A DNA stretch of 64,000 bases, taken from NCBI GenBank assembly GCA_024704765.1, contig JAKMXF010000044.1:124001-188000 (forward strand), read 5' to 3'. The notes under the pieces are model-generated. The model did no database searches. It had not been told where the DNA came from and was given only the letters and a program-made list of their open reading frames with translations. This document shows, one piece after another, positions 26,252-36,141 of the stretch. The stretch is from Oopsacas minuta (taxonomy: Eukaryota; Animalia; Porifera). Each line of letters starts with the position of its first letter. The stretch's first letter is position 1. The position numbers were made by a program, and so were the translations under genes.

Positions 26252-26560
26252 TTGTGGCTCAAGTTTTTAATAAAGTATAACTGTCGTGTTTTTGTCGGAG
26301 GGTTTGTTTTCAGGTACTTGCGTATCCTTGGGATTTGTGTATGTCAACGTACGTTTTGTGGATGTTTTGTTTGTTTATGTTCTTTTATATGTTCAATTTG
26401 TTGTTTTTTTTTGTTTCTTTGTTTGTTTCTATTTGCTCTGTTTGTTCTAGGTGTTCTATATGTTTGTTTGTTGTTTTGTATGTTCTATTTGTTTATTTTT
26501 TCTGTTAGTGTTGTGACAGTTCGACAGGTTTCTCGTTTCTTTCTTTGGTAGAATTTATGT
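26252..26560. repeat. T/G-rich low-complexity tract (A/C-rich on the minus strand)
   Basis: Degenerate TGTT/TTTG units. The minus strand reads as broken QIEH/QIET-like repeats. The Cys/Phe-rich plus-strand ORF is probably spurious. Confidence 0.7.
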
Positions 26561-27392
26561 TGTGTTATTTCATGTACTCTCTACTTCTGGTTCATTTTCT
26601 GTAGTCTTTTTCGCCATTCGCTTCCTTTCGATCTTGGCTTTTCGAGGCTGTGCAAAACACCTACCGAAGTAAGGCATTTAGAGCCTTTAAGATCGCAACA
26701 GGTCCCTCTGACAGATTGGGTCATCTGCTTTGTAGATACCTACCTACACTCATTCGACAGGGACATAATGCCAAAGAGTTCACAGCTAATACATTCGATC
26801 CATCAACAACATAGCCAAAATCGAATTCGATATATCCGCAACATTCAAATTGACCTAATGAATACTCCCTTCTAAATATTGAGTCATTTTTCACTTTTAG
26901 AGAATATACTTGTTAGTTTATGCACTCCAATTGACTTGAAATTAACACTAGAAAATTCTCAAATTCCTTCCAAATTATGCTGACACAACATCTTTACATT
27001 TTCATTTTTAATTCAAATATTAGGTACCAACTGAATAGTCCATCAGATGTTAGAATAAGTTAGCAATGTCTCCATACAATGTTTTTGGTTGATTCATCAT
27101 TTCTGATCCTTTCTTTGTAAGTATCAGGCCGGTACCCGTTTGCCGCCTTGAAGAAATCTTTTGTGGCCACTTTTGGACACATTTGAAGATTTTATAATGC
27201 ATATAATTCCTTTGGTTTAAATCGAAACAATCTCTTTTATATTATTCGTAAAGATTGGAAACTTCTTTAGTCATCTTCCCTACCAACGCAGTAAAATGTG
27301 ACAACATTCCATACATATTTTGTCCGATCATATTCCCTTTGTTGACTCCGCTAGGCTAGATGACTTAGTTTTGCATATATCGACACTCTGAA

Positions 27393-29000
27393 TATGGGGT
27401 TCCTAACCTTTTCACTGTCGCGCACCCTTTCGAAACATTTAGCCAATCGCCTACCCACGGGAATTTTTAGCGCTGTATATATAATGTTACGTGTACATGT
27501 ATAATATATGGAAATTATCTGATGGGTACTTAATTAATTCAATAATGAAAAAAATGTACGTGAATATTATTTCACATTAATCAATGAGAAGTTTGAACTT
27601 GTTTCAACATTGTAAGTTTTTACTGTCAGGTTCAGTTTTAGAAATTCGAATCTCATGTCGTCTTCTACACAACAGGTTTTGTGTTTTCTTTGATCAGAAC
27701 AAGTGTAAAAAACCAGGTCCACAAGTATGTAGAAGGAAAAGGGGGTAGAATCCTGATGGTCATTTAGATACATCGAAGTTTGTATAGCTTCACCATCCTG
27801 CCCCAGAAACTAAAGACATATTTCAGCGAACCAATTTTTAGCATTACTTTCATTTATTAATTCAATGAACTCTTTCTGTTCAGCGGGTGGGATGGAATCA
27901 AAATTTAAGTTGAAAGGATTTCTTGTGAGCTTCAAGTTTTTAACACTCTAATCCTCAAAATAGGAAATAATTTCTTTTTTCGTACTCTCAAGTGCTCCAG
28001 AACGGCTTCTTTTGTGTCTGAATCCAATGCTTTTTCTTTTTATAGTGTGCGCATCCAAATGCTGAAATTGATTGTATATTCATTTCCTAATTTGACTAGT
28101 CCACAAATCCAATTTCATTAAGAATGCATTATTTACCTAATCAAGCACTGTCCTTTCTTTCCCTTCCCATCGATAAGTTTAGTGAATTCAGTCGAGAAAA
28201 GATGCCGACTAATTCGAAGCTCCTAATTCACAGCTCCTCTCTTCAATATTGATTGAGATAGTATGTGTGGATTTTCGACAATAACAACAACAACAAAAGG
28301 AGTTTACATTTTTGAAAAGGTAAATACATTACCTTTCAAAAATGTCAATTCCTTTTGTTGTTGTTGGCAAAAGTAGATAAAACAGAAAATTTTCTTTGAA
28401 ATCACCAACATAAATATACCTGACAAAGCATACTAACTGAGCACATGAAGAAACATCAGTAGACTCATCCAACTGAATACTAAATATTTCCAATGATACT
28501 GCTTTCACCTTGGCTATAACCTGTAACTTGACATCTTCTGACATATCTATAATACGACTATGAAAAGTGTTATTTCAAACTGGTAACGGTGCTATTTACT
28601 TGCGTTGTCTTCAACCAGCATTAATCTCACAGTTTCTTTGATGCAAGGAAGAATCAAACTTTCCTCGATTGTATAAGGTTTCTTCTGCTGTACAATTTTC
28701 AAAGAAAGAACATAAAAAGCTTCAATAGCTGATAATGTTTGTTACTTATATGTTCCTAGTTCTATCTAACCTGACTTGTTTTATGTCATGTTCTTTCCCT
28801 TGAAATTACAGAACATATTTGTCTTTAAGATCGGGGTGGAATCCATTAAGATGCCTTTATGAAAGTTTGGTTTCATACTATTGGCAGACAGTATCTGAAA
28901 ACAGAGAACACTGTGGGCGTTCAAAACCACCAACACAATCTATGTGAAACCAATTATGAAGTATTCATTGGGATAATTTCTCTTCTTTCTCCCTGATGCC
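27393..29000 (-). mobile_element. hAT element remnant (ZBED5/SCAND3/FAM200-like transposase)
   Basis: RPQCSLCFQILSANSMKP..RHL..FH; FSIQLDESTDVSSCAQLVCFVRY; PFPSTYL..VEDDMR. TIR-like GGGGTTCCTAACCTTTT at ~27393. The 5' end was not located. Confidence 0.88.
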
Positions 29001-29846
29001 AGTGCAAGAAGTTCAAAAAGCATTAATTGAGTAGAAATAATATACATACTATAAAATGAATTATAGATTGTGTTATGGTGCACGTGTACTTGGATAATTT
29101 ATATTAGGAATCATTTTTGTTGTTTTTTTTAAGGAAGCAGCCCCAAACTTGTAGAAATATTTTTGCTTCCTACGAATTACGTAAGAAAGCAGTAGTTGGG
29201 CCAATCAGATATTTTCTTGATTTCATATAGTTAAAATTTGTTTTCGTGACATCAAGTTGACCAATCGTAATTGGTCAAGCGTAGTTAAATCATTCTCAAT
29301 CATTGTGGCATATTTCGCAAGAGAAACCTAAACGAATACATTTCCACAATTCATCGGTATATTCTGTGAAATAATGGCTCGTTCGTGTTGCTACCTGGAA
29401 TTGCCGCTCATAGACGAATACCCTTGGGTTGGTAATCCCTGCTCGAAATGTCCTTTAACAATTATTTGCGAAGTCTACCTCCACGCGCCCTTATTTTCTT
29501 GCCATCAACAACATCATAGTTTTCCACATCTTAACAATGACTGCTTTTAGTAACAAAATGCACTAAAAATGACATTTAGTATCAAAATACACTGAAAATA
29601 ACATATAGTACAAATCGAATACAATGAAACGCTATAATGGGACAACTACATCTCCCTGTGTAACACCACGTATGGTTGGATAACCACATTTTATCTGTCG
29701 CACAATTATATTCTGAACAGGAGAATTATGTCATCTTCACCTATGATTCAACTGCACTGCAAAAGGTTCAAATCTGCAAGGTCTGTCAGAGTGCTTTTAT
29801 TCATGCACTAACCTGATCATAACTCCATATACTTGCTCAATAATTT

Positions 29847-30779
29847 CAGGGCGTCGCCAGACGTTTGAAAAGGAGGTGCTAATTAGGTACCACCCAGAAT
29901 ATTCCTTTGATTAAATGAGTTTGCTATCGGACAAATAATTAATTTTATTGTATTTAGTATCCAATTCTAGTAGTAGCATTAAGTTGAATATTTACAATAT
30001 TAGTAATATATAAAAACAATATTAAAATAGTAGGCTTGGTTGTTCAATTTAGCTTGGATGTTTTGAAATGAAAAGCCTACAAATTTCATCTAGATTTAGC
30101 TGGGTTTCATAATTCATAGTAATCAAAGCAAGGCACTGAATCGTTCTTCAGTCTGCGTACATCGTAAGTAAGTGTTTAGTTGTCTGAGGGCAGATGCAGA
30201 CCTCTCACACGAACATGAACTAGTGGTAGTGTAACAAAAAGCTTCAAAAGTGAATATATATTTGGAAGACTTGTAGAACAACACTGCTTCATGGAATCAG
30301 ACAGGGTCTCTGGGCGATCATGTTTAGGCATTGACAGCCATTTTGTTTTCCAACGAGAAAATTCTTCATCATTGATGCTAGAATTTGGGAGATCATCAGA
30401 GTAAAAGCTAATGGCGTCTTCTATGTCACTCACACATGAGTCTGGAACTATGTTAATAGGTAAAATACCTTCAAGTGCAGCGGTACTGTGATATGCATAT
30501 ATTAAAAAGTAACCAACGCGTAGTTCAGCATTGGGTACTTTTTATTATCTCGTAATATGTACGTATTATGTGATTTTCTTAGTCTACAACGTATATACAA
30601 TCTAAGATTATCAATTAACATATACTAATGCCTAATGGGGTTGTCATAGAAATAATTACTTCTGATTCACACAAGAAATTTGCAAGCTTTCGGGTTAAAA
30701 AAGGTGAATACCCACCATAAAGTCATTGGCTCAAAGGAGGTGCTCGGGCACCCCCCTTCACCCCCTGGCTAAGCCCCTG
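29847..30779 (-). mobile_element. Non-autonomous hAT deletion derivative (933 bp) retaining only the C-terminal dimerisation domain (THAP12/ZMYM1-like)
   Basis: TIRs CAGGGCGTCGCCAG and CTGGCTAAGCCCCTG. Minus strand reads EFSRWKTKW..PNIYSLLKLFVTLP..SCERSASALRQLNTYLRCTQTEERFSAL. No clear TSD. Confidence 0.85.
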
Positions 30780-30989
30780 ATAAATGACTCATTCAATTTT
30801 AGTAAAGGCTTCAAACTTGGAGAAGAGATTATCTTTTGGTTCGCCATCAGACTCTTCTACAAACCATAACGCTGAGGATTTATGCCTTCACTTTCGAGCC
30901 ATAACGTGCTGTTATTCAACTAGTTGCTTAATCTATCAAATTTATTTCCTCAGCATTATGTTGTCCGAGTACAATGAAGACAATGAAGA

Positions 30990-31547
30990 GATGCCAACTA
31001 TCAGCGACAATGCTATGTCTTTACCAGCACCAAAAAATACGAAACAGTATCGCAACCAGTGAGGGCATGTTTGGCCAGCAATTATTTTGCGATACAAATA
31101 TTATGTATGTAATGAGAATTTCTGAATGTGGAACTACATCTGGTGAGTCAATATCTGGCAATTGTGAATTTGAAGGAAGTTGAGACTTTGCAAAAAAGTT
31201 GCTCAAAGTTGACTGATCTTTTGTCAAACAATTTTCTTACGTTGCATAAGGAAACACTAATTATAAAAGGGTAAACAAATAGTTAGAAATATGGTGAAAT
31301 ATATATTCTTTAATTTCTATCAGAATTATATTCCTATGGCTCCTTAAGAACTACAGTAGGCAATAATGAATAATATTGAAGGAATATTTCCCGAATTACA
31401 AGTATATAGTCAAGAAAATACATTCATTAGGGTTGTGGTATAGCAAGGTATGTACTTTATTCACTCTCTGAGTAGACGAAATAAATAATTTAACAAAGTT
31501 GGTGGGAGGTATGCATACACCCCATACTCCCCATAGATCCGCCACTG
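30990..31547 (-). mobile_element. 5' end of another hAT-like element
   Basis: The minus strand starts CAGTGGCGGATCTATGGGGAG at 31547. Downstream, an ORF fragment reads TLSNFFAK, a low-complexity hAT-like N-terminus. Confidence 0.5.
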
Positions 31548-31764
31548 GTAATCGCTCGAACTCTAGTCCTGAAACTTGGGTCTATTAGGATATATTTTAT
31601 ATTTTATATTTCAAAAAAGAGTTGTTTTAGTCCAATTAAATGTATCACATATTTGTAGAAATATACTTCATCAATCCCAAATGCAACTTTTTGTCAGAAC
31701 TATATGAAATTTTCTGCTTATTTATCATTTTTGTGCGTTAATGTATCTTGTATACGCCTTAGAA

Positions 31765-32295
31765 CGATAAATGCTACAGTCAAGATTTCAGAATTCATAC
31801 TTGACGATCCAATGGTACTTTTATATACGATATTAGAATTTGACATGATGAAATTTTCCAAATTCCTGTGGTACCATGGATGGAATATTTAGTAAAAATT
31901 CATTGTAACCCAAAGGATTTAAATGTTTTTGGCAAATAGGTCAGTCCAATACCTAACATATACCCGACTTCTCCATACATTTTATCTGATATCTTTACTT
32001 ACAATGACGTAATTTATGATATACTTATTTATGGTCATATTCAAATTCCATCATAGTGAGTACAGATATCCTATCAAAGAGTTCTTTTATTGTATGGCAT
32101 TTTCTAGGTATTGGATTGATGTATTTGGCGAAAACATTTAGATATCGAATGTAATCATGATTTTATATTTATTATGCAATCCAAGGTACATCAGGAATTT
32201 GCTAACTTTCTCATGTCAAATTCTAATATTTTGTGTAAAAATATCACTAGATCGTGTATTATGATTTCTCAAATCTTATCTATGCTATTTATCGC
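31765..32295. repeat. Foldback palindrome, two ~250-bp diverged arms centred near 32030
   Basis: ATATTAGAATTTGACATGA..CAAATTCCTG..GTACC.TGGAT and AAATGTTTTTGGCAAATAGGTCAGTCCAATACCTA each have reverse-complement counterparts in 32090-32295. Confidence 0.8.
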
Positions 32296-33095
32296 TACTG
32301 TGTATGAAAGATGGACACATTTACACACATAATCCCACAAAATTTCACACACTTGACAAAGATTTTGCATTTGTGATTGATGAAATATATTTCTATGAAT
32401 GTGTAATACCTTTATTCAGATCAAAACTTGGCACTTTATATATAGGGCTTCAAATATATTTTAATAGAACTCTAGTTTCAGGACCTGAGATCAAGGGCCT
32501 ACAGTCCCTATTTAATGGAGCTTATGGTGTAATTACAGATCACTGATGTTGAATCCTCATTTACAGATATTGCTATTAGCTCAAGGTGATGGATTATGAT
32601 GACATCTGATTCTTCATGCGTTGTTTTCATATCTTGTCTCGTGATGATCCAATTATTCCAAGGGAATGTAGGGTCCTATCCAGGAATCACCAACTTTGCC
32701 TGGTTGTCCGGGATATGACATATCAAGTATAGAGATTAATTCAATCATTTGACACTTGTTGTTTGAGACATTGAGGATTACCCTTCGGGAGGGGTAGTAG
32801 AATGGCGATTATGGGAGTAATAGATACTTACACAGAAGATATATGTTAGAATGTTGTCGAATATAGTTACTCGACTCTGTAGATTTCAAAGATGGAACCA
32901 GATTTTCAGTTGCATTTCTGGAAATGTGACTATGATGTAAAATGTGGTACTTTAATGTGATTCATCATAATGGTTCAATAATGAGTTATAGATTTTGAAC
33001 TGATGTACGTATATCAGCGCTATTTAGTGATGAAACGTGAATAATACACTGAATTCTAAACTGAATTCAATTCTGTATAGGATACTTCTTAGATA

Positions 33096-35670
33096 CAGGG
33101 TGTCTAATAAGTTCTGTCATACATTTTCGCGTCTTTTGACAGTAGCTATTAATATCCAGGGTTAGGCATAAGATCTGCAACAAGTATAAACTAGTATATT
33201 TCTTATTTTACCATAATAGTAGTTGAAATTCGTAATGAATTAGTGAGTATACATACTAAGGATACGAAATTAATCTGGCTCTTCGAATTTATTGCCCTTT
33301 GCTGCGATACATAGGCTCAATCGCTTATAGAATTTATCGACAGCAGCACGCAACACGTCCTCACTGATTAAATCCCACTCTCTTCTCAAGGAAGACTTCA
33401 AACTTTCGACATTCTTGTGAGGCTTTGCACATACCCTGGACTCTAAGATGGACCATATACAGAAATCCATAGGGTTTAGATCTGGAGAATAGGCCGGCCA
33501 TTCTACAGTTGATATAAATTCCGGTACATTGAGTTTCAACCACTCAGATGTCATTTTGGCTTTGTGGGAGGGAGCGGAATCTTGCTGGAACACCCAATGC
33601 GTGCCATTGAAGTGCTCACCAGCCAAAGGCTTCAATGCGTTCTCTAAAATGCTCTCTACATACACCTCTTTGTTAATTTTCACCCCTTTGTCAATGAACA
33701 CCAGAGGTCTCCGACCATCAGAGGTAATAGCTCCCCAAACCATGACCGATGCAGGTTTTTGAGTTCTTTTGATTGTGCGTATTGATGACGATATAGACTT
33801 TTGATCTGAAGCAAGAATTCGACTGTTTTGGCGATTATATGCCATTTCTACGGTAAAAATCTTCCCATCGGAGAATACAATACTCTGGTGCGTGTCACCG
33901 ATGTACGTTTTCTCAGAATCAGACATTTTTCATACCTACGCCTCTTATTCACCTCAGAAAGTAACTGTACCTCTCGAAATTTGTAGCATTTTAAGCCTAA
34001 ATCCTCTTTTACTATCCTCCCCATACTTCTGGTGAAATATTGACTCTTTCGCCATGCCTTGGACCCTTCTGACAGGGTTCTTCCTGACAGCAAGAGTACG
34101 AACAGAACGAGGTCTACCTTTTTCGAAACTGTCCTGGTTACTGCCAGTCTCCTTGTAACATTTGATTGTACGGTAGACTATCCATCCTTTTAGGGACAGT
34201 ATTTTTGATATTTCTGAAGCTGACTTGCCTTCATTATGATACAAATTCTCAATGGCCGTTTTGCTTCTTGTCCATAAATCAAAAAAATTTCCTGGTAGGA
34301 CTCAATACTCTAAATATTGTTTAAAATGATATTGAAGATAATATATGATAAATAAATATTTACCTAAAACCATTCGCAGAACCTCAAGCTTAATTTAAAT
34401 ATTGTTGCAGAACTTATGCCTAACCCCGTACTTATGAGTAATCTTCTAGATTTTCTTGTAGTATTTTTTGGCGCTCTTTCGAATTATACCAGCATTCATC
34501 ATTCAAGTTGATGATTTCCCAGAAAATCATGTTAGAAGAAATTCGTTCAAAAATTGTCACTTTTCACGAATCTGGGTTTAGCAACAGTGAAATTCTATAA
34601 ATGCTAAGAATTGATAAAGTCAATCCCATGTTGATCTATTGCACAATACAACGATATATAGGGACTGGGAGCGTGTCTGATAGGAAACGAGTTGGTCGTC
34701 CAAGATCCGCTCGCACACCAGCCCTGAAGAATAGTGTTAGATGTTGAATCCTGAGAAATCCCCGGCGTTCAATGCGAAAAATGTCTCGTGAATTCTATGT
34801 CAATCACGAAACGATGCGGAAATTGGTTGGAGGACCTAGGAATGAAGTCCTATAAGAGGATAAAGTACACCATCTTAACGACTCCATACGTCGTAAGCGA
34901 CTCGAAAGATGCATACAACTAAAGGCCCGATTCGCTTCTGGACTGAAGATCAGATTCTCTTCTCAGATGAGAAGCTGTTTATGGTTGAGGAGGCAAGCAA
35001 TCGTCAAAACGATCGTATACTTGCTTCTCAAAGTCAGGATATCCCAGATAGCATCAAGTACATTGATAGAGTCCAGAAACCTCTTTCTCTGAAGGTATGG
35101 GCAGGAATGTCGGTAGACTCACGGACAAACCTGATTTTTGTCACCCAAGGGGCGAAAATAAACTCCCAGACGTACAGAGAGCTAGTCTTGGAGCCTGAAA
35201 TTGCGTCTGATGGTGAGAAGCTCTTTCAAAACCATCCTTGGACTTAGCAACAAGACTCTGCGCCTGCACATGCTTCAAAAGTATCCCAGGGTTTGTTCCG
35301 AGAGCAAAATATCGATTTCATAAGTAAGGATGAATGGCCACCATCAAGCCCAGATTTAAACCCACTCGACTTTGGGCAAACTTGGAGTGCAGGGCCTGTG
35401 CGAAATCTCACAAGAGTTTGGAGTTCCTCAAAGTTAGTTTGTTGAGTGAATGGCAGAAAGTCCCACAGGAAGAGCTGCGAAAAGCTGTCTATCAGTTTCG
35501 GGATAGACTAACTTGCGTAATTCATAAAAAGGGAGGCTATATTGAATGATATTTGTATGTGCAATTAGAAACATAAGTCCTAAAAAAATAGAAGGTTTCA
35601 TGGCTTTGCAATGGATACATTTGAAATAATTGGGGAATTGATATATAACAGAACTTATTTAAACACCCTG
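33096..35670 (+). mobile_element. Outer maT (DD37D) Tc1/mariner element, ~1.3 kb without the nested copy; transposase pseudogene 34529-35549
   Basis: TA|CAGGGTGTCTAATAAGTTCTGT ... ACAGAACTTATTTAAACACCCTG|TA. Motifs FSDEKLF, QQDSAPAH and EWPPSSPDLNPLD; stops and frameshifts. Confidence 0.92.
33157..34428 (-). mobile_element. Inner maT (DD37D) element, 1,272 bp; frameshifted transposase 33270-34275
   Basis: TIRs CAGGGTTAGGCATAAGATCTGCAACA and TGTTGCAGAACTTATGCCTAACCCCG|TA. Motifs FSDGKIF and FQQDSAPSH-x-WPAYSPDLNPMD, with 37 residues between the last two Asp. Confidence 0.95.
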
Positions 35671-36141
35671 TATATATTAATGAATCAGGAATAATTAAGT
35701 TTCTTGTAACGAAATTAAATTTTGCTAAAATATATTTCATTCGAATCATTTTACCCCATACATTCAATGTCGAGATAAATTTACGTGTTTGTGCGCATTT
35801 GGGTGGGTATAGAAATACTATTCAAAATTTTAAACTCACAATTATGTGCATTGTAAGTTTCGGGGACTGTAGGTCAAGGACAGTGGCGTATCCAGGGTTT
35901 GATGAAAGATTTACGCTGACCTGGAGCTGAAGAATTTTATGTGGCTCCTGTGGCGCCACGTTTGCATGTACAGTATGATAGTGAGAAAGAGTTAATGTGT
36001 GGCCCGCATCACCAGATTATCCAATAGGCACAGTAAGCACTGTGCCTAGGAAATTTTTATTACCTAAGTGAAGTTGAACATGAAGAATATAAAATTATTC
36101 TAATTGTTTTAGAATTTCCATATCAGTATATACCCTTACAG

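Noticed and set aside
26252-26551. Cys/Phe-rich membrane protein ORF
   Set aside because: An artefact of a T/G-rich low-complexity tract that rarely forms stop codons.
32304-32546. 80-aa ORF as a gene
   Set aside because: Short, begins at the edge of a palindrome, no recognised domain or splice support.
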